This document shows positions 8,216 to 17,915 of a stretch of 59,951 nt of DNA, one piece after another (within the stretch, counting starts at the first letter, position 1; the number at the start of each line of letters is the position of its first letter). Below the pieces are notes generated by a model. The model was not told where the DNA came from. It worked only from the letters and a program-made list of their open reading frames with translations, and searched no databases. Position numbers and translations under genes: made by a program. The stretch comes from Candidatus Daviesbacteria bacterium (GTDB lineage Bacteria; Patescibacteriota; Microgenomatia; Daviesbacterales; UBA10151), in contig DAIDIY010000011.1 of assembly GCA_027451625.1 (NCBI GenBank), positions 1 through 59,951 of the forward strand. Direction: 5' to 3'.

Positions 8216-8785
8216 ATGGATATATATGCTGATAATGGAGTGTTTAATATGCGACACAGACCTTTGATCTTTGTAGATATAGAGACTACAGGTTTGGCTG
8301 TACAAAAGCACGAGATTATTGAAATAGGAGCATTAAAAGTTGAACCCAAAAAACCATTTAAAATTATTGAAGAATTATCTATTAAAGTTAAACCTACCAA
8401 TCTAGAAGTAGCAGATAGAAAATCTTTAGCTACAGTGAATTTTACACAGAGTGAATGGAGTAAGGCGCTAAGATTAGAAGATGCTTTAAGACAGCTTTAT
8501 ATTTTTGGTCTCGGAGGGGTAATGGTTGGTTTTAACGTTAATTTTGACTGGGCTTTTCTAGATAGAGCATATTTTCAATCTGGGTTATCTGATCCGTTTT
8601 ATTATCATAGATTAGATGTTATGTCGATGGCATATATGGTTTTATTCCGAAAAAAAAGTTTAAAACGGTTTAGCCTAAAAGAATTGTCTAAATACTTAAA
8701 GATTTCTAATTCAGTAGAACATCGAGCTCTAGCTGATATTAAGATCACGTATCTTGTCTTTAAGAAACTGTTTGAATACACTTAG
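8216..8785 (+). CDS. DEDDh 3'-5' exonuclease (DnaQ / RNase T-like)
   Basis: Exo I motif IFVDIETTGL, Exo II motif GFNVNFDWAFL, Exo III motif HRALADI. The real start may be the ATG at 8249 (MRHRPLIF). Confidence 0.75.
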   Translation: MDIYADNGVFNMRHRPLIFVDIETTGLAVQKHEIIEIGALKVEPKKPFKIIEELSIKVKPTNLEVADRKSLATVNFTQSEWSKALRLEDALRQLYIFGLGGVMVGFNVNFDWAFLDRAYFQSGLSDPFYYHRLDVMSMAYMVLFRKKSLKRFSLKELSKYLKISNSVEHRALADIKITYLVFKKLFEYT

Positions 8786-8788
8786 GAT

Positions 8789-9229
8789 ATGATTTATTTA
8801 GGATCGGATCATCGGGGATTTAATTTAAAAAATATTTTAGTTTCTAAGCTTATTGAAGCCGGATTTGAAGTGTCTGATTTAGGAGATAATGAGCTGGATA
8901 AAGATGATGATTATGTAGATTTTGCGGTTAAAGTTGCTGAGGCAGTACAACAGGATAATAAATCCTGGGGAGTTGTTATATGCGGTTCGGGAGTTGGAGT
9001 TGATATGGTAGCGAATCGCTTCAAAGGTATAAGATCGGCTTTAGTTTTTGATGTCCAGCGATCAATACAATCTAGACAACATGAAGATGCAAACGTCTTA
9101 GCACTAGCTGCAGATGTATTAGACGAAACGACTGCATGGGAAATAGTTGAAGCTTTTTTGAAGACTCCATTTTCGAACGAGGAAAGGCATGTTAGAAGGC
9201 TAAATAAAATGGCTTCTTTAGAGAGATGA
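8789..9229 (+). CDS. rpiB: ribose-5-phosphate isomerase B
   Basis: LGSDHRGF, ICGSGVGVDMVANRFKGIR, QHEDANVLAL. The 146-aa size is typical of RpiB/LacAB. Confidence 0.85.
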   Translation: MIYLGSDHRGFNLKNILVSKLIEAGFEVSDLGDNELDKDDDYVDFAVKVAEAVQQDNKSWGVVICGSGVGVDMVANRFKGIRSALVFDVQRSIQSRQHEDANVLALAADVLDETTAWEIVEAFLKTPFSNEERHVRRLNKMASLER

Positions 9230-9879
9230 ATGATGATATAGAGATTATTCCGGCTATACTTCAGACTACAGAAGATGGGTTTGAGTCTAAGGTCAATCAT
9301 CTTAATGGTTATACCGATTTATTTCAGGGCTGGGTCCAAATCGATATCGCTGACGGCATTTTTGTTAAAAATTTTACTATTGATGTAAAAGTAATACAGA
9401 AATATCCGCTAAATTTTAAAAAAGAAGTTCATTTAATGGTAGAAGATCCCAGTAAGTATATCGATGACCTAATACTATCCGGAGTTCAACGGGCAGTCAT
9501 ACATATAGAGTCAAAAAACGTTTCTCAAGCCTTGGATAGAATCTTAAATTCTGGAATAAGAGTTGGACTTAGCCTTAATCCGCAAACACCTGTTGCACTA
9601 GTGACCCCTTTTATTGATAAAATAGATGTATTACAGATAATGTCTGTTTATCCTGGATTTCAGGGAACAAAATTTCTGAGTGGTACTCTGGACAAGATTC
9701 AAGAAGCAGAAAAATTAAGTAATAATAACTTTAGAGTCTCAGTTGATGGCGGTATCGATGATACGAATATCAAAGAGATTGTAAATGCAGGAGCGGATAA
9801 CTTAATAATTGGCTCATATTTAAACGAAAATGTTGAAGAACATCTGGAAAAAATTTGGGAAATTCTCTATAGAAGATAG
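9226..9879 (+). CDS. rpe: ribulose-phosphate 3-epimerase-like
   Basis: TIM-barrel Rpe motifs: IIPAIL, VQIDIADGIFV, HLMVEDP, MSVYPGFQGTKF, VDGGI. A 4-nt ATGA overlap joins it to rpiB. Confidence 0.75.
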   Translation: MNDDIEIIPAILQTTEDGFESKVNHLNGYTDLFQGWVQIDIADGIFVKNFTIDVKVIQKYPLNFKKEVHLMVEDPSKYIDDLILSGVQRAVIHIESKNVSQALDRILNSGIRVGLSLNPQTPVALVTPFIDKIDVLQIMSVYPGFQGTKFLSGTLDKIQEAEKLSNNNFRVSVDGGIDDTNIKEIVNAGADNLIIGSYLNENVEEHLEKIWEILYRR

Positions 9880-10504
9880 CCAGATTCCTGGAAATAAGTT
9901 GATAAATAATGTAGCTATATTTGGTTACTCTGATGCAAGTAAAGAGGGACACTTGTATAAAAGTGTTTTTGAGGTGGGTAAAAAACTTGCTGAAGAGGGG
10001 TATATTGTTATTGATGGTGGAGGACCAGGGGTTATGCGGGCTGCGACTTTGGGAGCAAAATCAGGTGGAGGTAAAACTGTAGGTGTTACTTTACATCCTA
10101 AAGATATGACTCATTTTGAAGGGAAAGATCCTAAAAATGATTTTGATGTAGAAATTAGAACTTCTAACTATATTGAAAGAACTTTGACGATGATGCAGAT
10201 TGGACAAGCCTATGTAGTATTTAATGGTGGAACAGGAACTATTTCTGAATTTGGAATGGCTTGGGGATTAGCTCGATTATATTTTGGACATCATAAACCA
10301 CTAATACTTTATGGAAGATTTTGGAGGAATATAATTAAAGTATTCAGAAAAAATATGCTTCTTAGACCAGAAGAGCTAAGAGTCTTTAAAATTGTTGATT
10401 CGTCAGAAGGAGTTTTAAGGGCGATAAAAGAATTCGATTATGAGCTTACAGAAGGTAAACATCAACATCTAGAAGCTAGTAAAGAAGGAGCGTTTAATAT
10501 TTAA
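9830..10504 (+). CDS. LOG / TIGR00730 family protein (nucleotide 5'-monophosphate nucleosidase-like)
   Basis: VAIFGYSDA, GGGPGVMRAATLGA, GGKTVGV, FNGGTGTISEF (the PGGxGTxxE-type motif). The ATG at 9830 overlaps rpe by 50 nt. A TTG at 9899 is an alternative start. Confidence 0.7.
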   Translation: MLKNIWKKFGKFSIEDSQIPGNKLINNVAIFGYSDASKEGHLYKSVFEVGKKLAEEGYIVIDGGGPGVMRAATLGAKSGGGKTVGVTLHPKDMTHFEGKDPKNDFDVEIRTSNYIERTLTMMQIGQAYVVFNGGTGTISEFGMAWGLARLYFGHHKPLILYGRFWRNIIKVFRKNMLLRPEELRVFKIVDSSEGVLRAIKEFDYELTEGKHQHLEASKEGAFNI

Positions 10505-10505
10505 A

Positions 10506-11375
10506 ATGATAGTAAACGATGAAGAGATTTTGAAACTAGAGCTTAAAGCAAATAAGATCCGTCAAGATGTAATTCGGATGTTATCCGAGGCCAAATCTGG
10601 ACATTCGGCAGGTCCATTAGGAATGGCAGACATTATGACTCTCTTGTATTTTTTGGTTCTAAATCACGATCCTAAAAATCCATCTTGGGAAGACCGTGAT
10701 AGGCTTGTATTATCAAACGGTCATATTTGTCCCGTTTTATATGCAGCTTTAGCTAATAGAGGTTATTTCCCGGTCGATGAGTTATTAACTTTACGCAAAC
10801 TTGGTTCGAGGTTGCAAGGTCATCCGCATAGGACTGCTTTACCTGGTTTGGAAACAACTTCAGGTCCATTAGGTTCTGGCTTATCTCAAGCTTGTGGAAT
10901 GGCTAAGGCTGCCTTAATGGATAATGCTTCATGGAGAGTTTATTGTCTGACCTCAGATGGTGAGCATGATGAAGGTAATACTTGGGAAGCAGTGTTATTT
11001 GCATCAAAGTATAAATTACATAATCTAACAGTGATAATGGATCGCAATAATATTCAAATAGATGGTTTTACAGAAGATATAATGCCACTCGGGTCTGTTA
11101 TTGATAAGTATAAATCTTTTGGATGGCACACTTTGGAGGTAGATGGTCATAATTATGAACAATTAATTAATGCTTTTGGTGAAGCAAAAGCAGAATTTGA
11201 GGCACCTACTTTAATAGTAGCTCATACTATTCCTGGAAAAGGTGTGTCGTTTATGGAGAATAAATTTGAGTGGCATGGTAAACCGCCGAATAAAGATGAA
11301 GCAGAACAGGCTTTAAAAGAGCTGGTAGAAATAGAAAAAAAATTAAAATCTAATTCAGAAGTTGTATTTAGTTAA
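10506..11375 (+). CDS. transketolase, N-terminal (thiamine-diphosphate-binding) subunit
   Basis: SGHSAGPLGMADIMTLLYF, RDRLVLSNGH, TSDGEHDEGNTWEA, and NN in DRNNIQIDG. A split tkt gene. Confidence 0.9.
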   Translation: MIVNDEEILKLELKANKIRQDVIRMLSEAKSGHSAGPLGMADIMTLLYFLVLNHDPKNPSWEDRDRLVLSNGHICPVLYAALANRGYFPVDELLTLRKLGSRLQGHPHRTALPGLETTSGPLGSGLSQACGMAKAALMDNASWRVYCLTSDGEHDEGNTWEAVLFASKYKLHNLTVIMDRNNIQIDGFTEDIMPLGSVIDKYKSFGWHTLEVDGHNYEQLINAFGEAKAEFEAPTLIVAHTIPGKGVSFMENKFEWHGKPPNKDEAEQALKELVEIEKKLKSNSEVVFS

Positions 11376-12371
11376 ATGATTAATTCTAATTTATATTTAA
11401 ATCCAAAATTATTTACTGATGATTTGGAACAAGTTCCATCTAGAAATGGATATGGAGAAGGATTAGTTTTGGCAGGGGAGATGTATCCTAACGTAGTAGC
11501 TCTTTGTGCTGACCTTACAGAATCGACAAGAACTGAGGAATTTAAAAAAAGATATCCAGATAGGTTTATCGAAATAGGAGTAGCAGAACAAAATTTAGTT
11601 ACAGTAGCTTCAGGAATGGCAGCAGTAGGTAAAATTCCTTTTACTACCTCTTATGCAACCTTTTCTCCAGGAAGAAACTTGGAGCAAATAAGGACAACTA
11701 TATGTTACAATGACCAGCCTGTTAAGATTATAGGATCACATGCTGGTATTTCAGTTGGCCCGGATGGAGCAACGCATCAAGCGCTGGAAGACATTGCAAT
11801 TATGAGAGCACTTCCAAATATGGTGGTTATTTCGCCTGTTGATTCTCTACAAGCTAAAAAAGCAACCTTGGCAATAGCATCCCTACCGAAACCTTGTTAT
11901 TTGAGACTTTCTAGAGAAAAAGTACCAGTTATTACAACAGAGCAAACTCCGTTTGAGATAGGCAAGGGTCAGATTTTTTGGGAGGGTAAAGATGCTACAA
12001 TTATTTCAACAGGGCAGATGGTTTATAGAGCGCTGGAAGCAGCTAGAGAGTTAGAGAAGAATAATATAAGTGTTCGAGTAATAAACATACACACAATTAA
12101 ACCAATAGATCAGCTTATTATTATAAAGGCTGCTGAGGAAACAGGTGCAATAGTAACTGTTGAGGAACATCAAATAAATGGTGGATTGGGTGGAGCTGTA
12201 GCTGAAGTGGTAGGACAAAATTATCCTGTTCCTCTGAAAATTATTGGCATAAATGACAGATTTGGTGAATCGGGTGAGCCGAATGAACTTCTGGATAAAT
12301 TCGGTTTAAGAGTTGAAGAGATAATAAAAGGCGTAACTTATGTTTTGAGAATGAAAAATCATCCGGACTAA
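11376..12371 (+). CDS. transketolase, C-terminal (pyrimidine-binding) subunit
   Basis: FIEIGVAEQN, GPDGATHQALEDIAIMRALPNM, VTVEEH. Its start abuts the stop of the N-terminal subunit (11375/11376). Confidence 0.9.
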   Translation: MINSNLYLNPKLFTDDLEQVPSRNGYGEGLVLAGEMYPNVVALCADLTESTRTEEFKKRYPDRFIEIGVAEQNLVTVASGMAAVGKIPFTTSYATFSPGRNLEQIRTTICYNDQPVKIIGSHAGISVGPDGATHQALEDIAIMRALPNMVVISPVDSLQAKKATLAIASLPKPCYLRLSREKVPVITTEQTPFEIGKGQIFWEGKDATIISTGQMVYRALEAARELEKNNISVRVINIHTIKPIDQLIIIKAAEETGAIVTVEEHQINGGLGGAVAEVVGQNYPVPLKIIGINDRFGESGEPNELLDKFGLRVEEIIKGVTYVLRMKNHPD

Positions 12372-12372
12372 T

Positions 12373-13584
12373 ATGGAAAAGACTAAGGTTGTGGTTGCAG
12401 GAGCTGGATTCGGGGGTGTAAGTGCAGCATCCAAAATATCACAAATAATCCCAGATGTTGACTTGACAATAATTAATAATGTTGACTTTCATGAATATCA
12501 TCCAGATCTTTATGAGTTAGTTGGTATTAGTCGAGGGATTGATGATATAAAGTTTTCTTCGGTATTAAAATCTCTAACTGATATTCCATTAAAAAAAATT
12601 TTTCCTCAAAAGGTAAGTTTAATCAAGGCGATAGTTCGTGAAGTAAATATGGAGAAAAAATTTATTCTAGCTGAGGGGAGAGAATATAAATACGATTTTT
12701 TGGTTTTAAGTCTTGGTAGTGAGACTTTTTATTATGGAATACCTGGGGCTAAAGAATTCAGTTTACCTCTTAAAACAAGTACTGATGCATTAAAGATAAG
12801 AGATGAAATTACTCGTCTTATCAAAACTAAAGATAATGATATTAAAATAATTATTGCTGGAGGAGGATTTACAGGGGTTGAACTGGCTGGATCGATTGCT
12901 TCATTTATAAGAAAGAAGAAAAGAAAGAGTTATAAAATATCTTTATCTATAGTTGAAGGATCAAATAATGTTTTACCAGGAACTGCGGAGCAGGTAAGGC
13001 AAGGAATTCAAAAACAATTACAAAATTTGGGAGTAGGGCTGGTATTTAATTCATTTATTGCGAGAGTTGAGAAAGATAAAGTTGTAACTCAAGAGGGTCT
13101 GGAGATTCCATTTGATCTTTTAATCTGGACTACAGGTATAGAAGGTGAAGGAGTAAAGAAGATTGTTGGAGAAAAAGAAACCAAAAAACAAAAAATTGAA
13201 GTTAATCCAGACTTATCAACAATAGATTTTCCGGAAGTTTTTGTGGTTGGAGATATGGCTGATATCAAAAATGGAGATGGGAGAAGTATACCAGCTACGG
13301 CATGGGCAGCGATTGGTGAAGGCGAAATTGCGGCAGAAAACATAAAGAGACGAATAGAAGGAAAGAAGCCAATTTTATATCATCCAAACGAACCGATCTT
13401 TGTAGTGCCTTGTGGACCATTTTTTGCCTTGGCGATTTTTGGTTCATTTTTAGTATCAGGTATCCTAGGATGGATTATCAAACGTGGGGTAGCGCTTAAA
13501 TATTTCTGGTCTGTGCTTTCACCTACGGAGGCAATAAAGGTTTGGATTTTAGGATTTTGGGTGTATTTCATGAATGATTTATAG
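12373..13584 (+). CDS. FAD/NAD(P)-dependent oxidoreductase, type II NADH dehydrogenase-like, with a C-terminal membrane segment
   Basis: Two Rossmann GxGxxG motifs (VVVAGAGFGGVSAA and IIIAGGGFTGVELAG), plus FVVGDMA. Hydrophobic C-terminus FALAIFGSFLVSGILGWII. Confidence 0.7.
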   Translation: MEKTKVVVAGAGFGGVSAASKISQIIPDVDLTIINNVDFHEYHPDLYELVGISRGIDDIKFSSVLKSLTDIPLKKIFPQKVSLIKAIVREVNMEKKFILAEGREYKYDFLVLSLGSETFYYGIPGAKEFSLPLKTSTDALKIRDEITRLIKTKDNDIKIIIAGGGFTGVELAGSIASFIRKKKRKSYKISLSIVEGSNNVLPGTAEQVRQGIQKQLQNLGVGLVFNSFIARVEKDKVVTQEGLEIPFDLLIWTTGIEGEGVKKIVGEKETKKQKIEVNPDLSTIDFPEVFVVGDMADIKNGDGRSIPATAWAAIGEGEIAAENIKRRIEGKKPILYHPNEPIFVVPCGPFFALAIFGSFLVSGILGWIIKRGVALKYFWSVLSPTEAIKVWILGFWVYFMNDL

Positions 13585-13598
13585 ATTATAAATAAGGT

Positions 13599-14579
13599 AT
13601 GCTTGATTTAATTTCTATCGGTGACTCGACTGTCGATAATCTTTTTAAGATTCATGATGCTCATTTAGCGTTTTCTATAAATAAAGAAGAACGTGAGTTG
13701 TGTTTGCGTTATGCAGATAAGATTGCGGCTGATGAGTATTTTCAAGTTCTAGGAGGAAATAATACAAATCACGTGATAGGATCTTCTAGATTAGGATTAA
13801 AAACAGCTATTTATACTAATGTCGGATCTGATGGAGGAGGTGGAAGGATTATAGAAGCACTTAAAGAAGAGAATGTAGATACTCGATATGTTAAAAAAAA
13901 TTCAAATATGTCATCTAACGCCTCGGCCGTGGTCAGCTATAAAGGAGAAAGAACAATATTTGTCTACCATCAGAGCTGGGATTATGATTTACCTGATTTA
14001 GATAATACGCATTGGATATTTTTAAGCTCAATGTCTGAGTCGTTTACTAAAACTAATATAATTGATCAAATTACTCGTTATCTGGAGCGAACTGGAGCAA
14101 GATTATCATACAATCCAGGCACTTTTCAGCTCAAGTATGGTGTAAAAAAATATCCTAAAATTTTGACTTTAACCACTTTACTGATCGTTAATATAACTGA
14201 AGCTTGTACTATCTTAAATTTAAGAAAAAAAGAAGTAGATGTTAAACAACTTCTTTATGGGTTATTAAGGCTAGGACCTGCCAATGTGATTATTACTGAT
14301 TCTAACAAAGGATCGTACGGTTTTAACGGTAGAAAGTATTATAAGATGCCGATATTTCCTGCTACTTTAGTAGAAATGACAGGAGCTGGAGATGCTTACG
14401 GTTCTGCTGCGACTGCTGCTTTGTTTTATGGTAAAGATCTAGCAGAAGCTATGAGATGGGGAGCTGCAAATAGCGCTTCTGTAGTTGAACATATAGGACC
14501 TCAATCAGGACTTTTAACTTATGATACAATGTTATCATCTCTGAAGAGAAATCGTAAAATAGTTTCAGCAGAGTTTTAA
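13599..14579 (+). CDS. PfkB (ribokinase) family sugar or sugar-phosphate kinase
   Basis: LGGNNTN near the N-terminus. C-terminal signature EMTGAGDAYGSAA...GAANSA. Confidence 0.8.
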   Translation: MLDLISIGDSTVDNLFKIHDAHLAFSINKEERELCLRYADKIAADEYFQVLGGNNTNHVIGSSRLGLKTAIYTNVGSDGGGGRIIEALKEENVDTRYVKKNSNMSSNASAVVSYKGERTIFVYHQSWDYDLPDLDNTHWIFLSSMSESFTKTNIIDQITRYLERTGARLSYNPGTFQLKYGVKKYPKILTLTTLLIVNITEACTILNLRKKEVDVKQLLYGLLRLGPANVIITDSNKGSYGFNGRKYYKMPIFPATLVEMTGAGDAYGSAATAALFYGKDLAEAMRWGAANSASVVEHIGPQSGLLTYDTMLSSLKRNRKIVSAEF

Positions 14580-14599
14580 ATTGTTATAATTTTAGGATT

Positions 14600-15442
14600 A
14601 TGGTTGATAAAAAATTAGAAATATTTACTAAAAATGAGAAGTTCTTGATGTTAGCTTTAGATCATAGAGAAAGCTTCATGAAATTTTTAAATCCTTCAGA
14701 TCCAAATTCGGTTACCAAAGAATCGGCGATCAGTGCCAAAAGAGAGATAATTGAGTCTTTGCAGGATAGCTTTAGTGGATTATTAGTAGATAAAGAGTAT
14801 GGATTACCGGCTTATCAATTTCATACAAAACCTTATCTTTTACCTATTGAAAAATCTGGTTATACAGAAGATTTAGGTGAACGGATTACAGAGCTGGAGG
14901 TTAGTGCTTCTGATTTGAAAGAATTGGGAGCAGGTGGAGTGAAACTCCTTTTATATTTTAATCCTGATGTTCCCTCGTCATCATCTCAGATAGAGACTGC
15001 AAAAAAAGTTCTAGAAGAATCAAGATTGGTAGGTTTACCTTTATTTTTAGAGATTAGAGTATATCGGGCAGATAGCGGTGATGATCTCAAAGGTCAAGAA
15101 GAAGATTTAGTGCTAAGATCTCTTAAGATGCTTTATGATAATCAAGTTGTTCCCAGTGTTTGGAAATTAGAATTTCCGGGTAGTAAAGAGGGATGTCAGA
15201 AAATTACTGAGTTAGTCGGAGAAACTCCATGGATACTTCTGACTAAAGGGTCAACTTTTGATATTTTTTGTACTGAGCTAAGAGAGGCAACTGAATCAGG
15301 AGCATCAGGATTTTTGGCGGGTAGAGCATTATGGCAAGACCTGTTTTCTACTCATGAAGATAAGAATCAATTCTTAAAACAAACTCTTCCTGAAAGATTC
15401 AACATAATATCGAATATTGCTTTATCGGTCTCTATTAGTTAA
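14600..15442 (+). CDS. class I ketohexose-bisphosphate aldolase, LacD / tagatose-1,6-bisphosphate aldolase family-like
   Basis: FLMLALDHRESF (compare LacD/YihT aLAxDQRgal), GVKLLLYFNPD, FLEIRVY, WKLEFPG, GFLAGRALWQ. Confidence 0.6.
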   Translation: MVDKKLEIFTKNEKFLMLALDHRESFMKFLNPSDPNSVTKESAISAKREIIESLQDSFSGLLVDKEYGLPAYQFHTKPYLLPIEKSGYTEDLGERITELEVSASDLKELGAGGVKLLLYFNPDVPSSSSQIETAKKVLEESRLVGLPLFLEIRVYRADSGDDLKGQEEDLVLRSLKMLYDNQVVPSVWKLEFPGSKEGCQKITELVGETPWILLTKGSTFDIFCTELREATESGASGFLAGRALWQDLFSTHEDKNQFLKQTLPERFNIISNIALSVSIS

Positions 15443-17064
15443 GTTGAGTGTACTAAGTGTTCTAAAGAATAATCCATCTGAGAGTCAGCCTTTTTATGGG
15501 GGTTAAATATATCCTCTGGGTCGAAAATCTTTTTGACCTCTTTAAATAGTTTAAAAATTTTCTCTCCATACATTTGAGAAAGGAAAGGTCCTCTGATTAG
15601 ACCATCATTATGTTCTGCAGTCATTGAACCTTTATACGAAAATACTAGATCATATACTTTGCGAGATAGTTCAGGAATAATCTTTTGATTCCTTGTTTCA
15701 CTCATATTCATCAAAGGAATGATATGGAAATTTCCGTCACCAATATGTCCTGCTATGGTATAAATCATTGGATATCCTTCGAGTAGCTTGTTTAACTTAG
15801 GTAGAAATTCTGGCAGAAATTCAGGTTTAACAATTAAATCATCAATAAACGGTGCAGTCCTTTTTCCATGTATATGCTTCCTTAATAAATTAAAGCTCTC
15901 ACGTCTTATGACCCAATATTTTCTAGATTCTTGTTCAGTCTGGGTAATGCGAGCTTTAAGATGAAATTGAGAGATGCCAGAGAGAGCTTGATGTGCTTTT
16001 TGATCGATCTCTTCTTCACTGTCTCCAGTAAATTCAGCCATTAGAATAAGTTTAGGAAATCCACCAGATATAGTCATTAATATCTCCGGTACAAATTGCC
16101 AAGCCAACGATAGTAGGTTTTTAGGTTTAATAGACTTTACTATTTCAGGAAAATAGCGAATGGCTAGTTTTAGTGTATGATCGTCGTATGATTCAAAACT
16201 CTCAGGCTTAAATTGAAGAACAGTATCTGTAATTTCACCTAAATTTCCCAAATTATTTAAAAATATGACCAGAAGTTTCGAGTGCTTCTTGGGGATTATT
16301 AGTCTGTATTTTATTTTAGTAATTATTCCAAGTGTTCCTTGAGATCCACAAATCAGTTTTGGGAGATTGAAGATTTTACCATCCCAAACATTCCATAAGA
16401 AATATCCTGCTGAGTTTTTGGAGACATCTGGTTTTGCTGCTACAATCTCGTCATAATTTTTAGTAATTAATTCATATAGAGATTTATAAAGTTCACCCTC
16501 AAAATTTTTAAGCTTCATTTTTTCCTCAAGTTGTGTTTTGTTTAATGGTTTAATTTGATATTCATTACCATCCGCTAAAATCATATTAAGCTCTTCTATA
16601 TAGTCTTCTGTCTTTCCATATGTTAATGTTTTTTCACCGCCGGAGTTATTGGCAGCCATTCCTCCGACAGTACATAATTCGCGAGAAGCTGGATAAGATG
16701 GAAGAAGCAGATTGTGTTTTAGAGTTTCTTTCTCAAAATCTCGATAATATACTCCTGGTTCAGTTACAGCAAAGTCGTTTCCGATCTCTAAAATATGATT
16801 GAAATATTTTGTAAACTCTAAAATAATCCCGTCATTAAGCGGTCCTCCCGTCATATCAGTGCCAGCTGAACGGGCTGTGAGAGATATTTTATTCTCAGAA
16901 GCGAACTTAACTAGTTTCTTAACATCTTCAATATTTTTTGGATAAACAACGATTTGAGGTTTAACCTTAAATAGAGAAGCATCTATACTAAAACTATCTA
17001 TAGTGTTTGTATCATCAAAGACTTCTCCATCAATAAGATTTGTAAGCTGCGCTTTAAGATCCAT
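15439..17064 (-). CDS. FAD-linked oxidase (GlcD / D-lactate dehydrogenase family)
   Basis: FAD_binding_4-type N-terminus: VVYPKNIEDVKKLVKFASENKISLTARSAGTDMTGG. C-terminal GHIGDGNFH and SMTAEHNDG. Confidence 0.8.
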   Translation of the reverse strand: MDLKAQLTNLIDGEVFDDTNTIDSFSIDASLFKVKPQIVVYPKNIEDVKKLVKFASENKISLTARSAGTDMTGGPLNDGIILEFTKYFNHILEIGNDFAVTEPGVYYRDFEKETLKHNLLLPSYPASRELCTVGGMAANNSGGEKTLTYGKTEDYIEELNMILADGNEYQIKPLNKTQLEEKMKLKNFEGELYKSLYELITKNYDEIVAAKPDVSKNSAGYFLWNVWDGKIFNLPKLICGSQGTLGIITKIKYRLIIPKKHSKLLVIFLNNLGNLGEITDTVLQFKPESFESYDDHTLKLAIRYFPEIVKSIKPKNLLSLAWQFVPEILMTISGGFPKLILMAEFTGDSEEEIDQKAHQALSGISQFHLKARITQTEQESRKYWVIRRESFNLLRKHIHGKRTAPFIDDLIVKPEFLPEFLPKLNKLLEGYPMIYTIAGHIGDGNFHIIPLMNMSETRNQKIIPELSRKVYDLVFSYKGSMTAEHNDGLIRGPFLSQMYGEKIFKLFKEVKKIFDPEDIFNPHKKADSQMDYSLEHLVHST

Positions 17065-17131
17065 AAAATTATAATAGCACTTGATATTTAAAAAACAACA
17101 CTTCTAACTTATTTTTATATACGGAACAATT

Positions 17132-17857
17132 TTAATTGTGGATTACTACTTTGGTACCTGGATTTTGGGGAGTAGCTCTGACAACCAATTGGCCCGGCGC
17201 AAGTTTAGGACCTGTCCAATCGTAAAGCCAGGCAGCATCTACAATTGGAGTATTAACACATCCATGACTCATAGGTTCTCCAAAATTATTGTGCCAGTAG
17301 GCTCCATGAATAGCATATCCTTCATAAAAGAACATATTATATGGAACATTAGGTAAATCGTAAAAAGTTCCTAAGCTAGCATCTCCACCAATCATCCTTT
17401 GGCTTCGTGTTTTATACCAAATAGTAAATGTTCCGGTTGGAGTAGGACCCCACCTACCGCTTGAGATTGGGATTTCCATCAATAATTTATTCCCATCCCA
17501 AGCTCTTAATCTTTGTTCTGAAAGAGATACCTCAATCCATTTGCTGGATGAACTAGTATTAGCTTCAGTGCTCGCACCTAAAACATTGTTTTCAAGATCA
17601 CTTTGAAAACTTTGAGCGAGGGATGTTTTTGGATAATCTATGATTTGATCATTAAAAATAGCTTGATTTGCATTTTCATCAAATTGACCAGTAGCTTTTA
17701 AAATATCTGAAACTTGGCAACAGAATTTATTACTCTCTGGGGAGAGATTTAAAGAATAAACAACCCAGCGTTTGAATGGCAGATAAGCAAAAAAAGCAAC
17801 AACAAAAATAGCCATTAAAACAATGGGAGGGAGCAGAAATTTGAGCATTGATTCCAT
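17132..17857 (-). CDS. L,D-transpeptidase (YkuD domain), membrane-anchored
   Basis: Active-site block YAIHGAYWHNNFGEPMSHGCVNTP. N-terminal TM segment LLPPIVLMAIFVVAFFAY. ATG at 17857 preferred. Confidence 0.8.
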   Translation of the reverse strand: MESMLKFLLPPIVLMAIFVVAFFAYLPFKRWVVYSLNLSPESNKFCCQVSDILKATGQFDENANQAIFNDQIIDYPKTSLAQSFQSDLENNVLGASTEANTSSSSKWIEVSLSEQRLRAWDGNKLLMEIPISSGRWGPTPTGTFTIWYKTRSQRMIGGDASLGTFYDLPNVPYNMFFYEGYAIHGAYWHNNFGEPMSHGCVNTPIVDAAWLYDWTGPKLAPGQLVVRATPQNPGTKVVIHN

Positions 17858-17915
17858 TGTTAGATCTTCACCATTTAATGTCAAGTAGGTGGTAAAATAC
17901 AATTTGTTGAAAATA

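Noticed and set aside
8911-9300. Antisense or out-of-frame ORFs nested in well-supported genes. This one lies inside rpiB/rpe. The same applies to 468-695, 1949-2152, 6916-7104, 7568-7792, 7767-7949, 8182-8400, 9770-9952, 13089-13343, 13380-13571, 16620-16802, 17138-17356, 20869-21078, 21377-21604, 22720-22983, 23267-23476, 24905-25186, 25540-25728, 26924-27106, 29098-29355, 29890-30078, 30307-30501, 35270-35542, 36924-37280, 37323-37535, 37806-38069, 38382-38576, 38929-39288, 39285-39500, 41423-41719, 42821-43114, 45394-45633, 48098-48427, 53801-54001, 55466-55666, 55527-55739 and 57615-57815.
   Set aside because: Each overlaps a longer ORF that carries clear family motifs. Their translations are low-complexity (Ser, Leu, Ile, Phe and Lys-rich), as expected from the antisense of AT-rich coding DNA, and none shows a motif.
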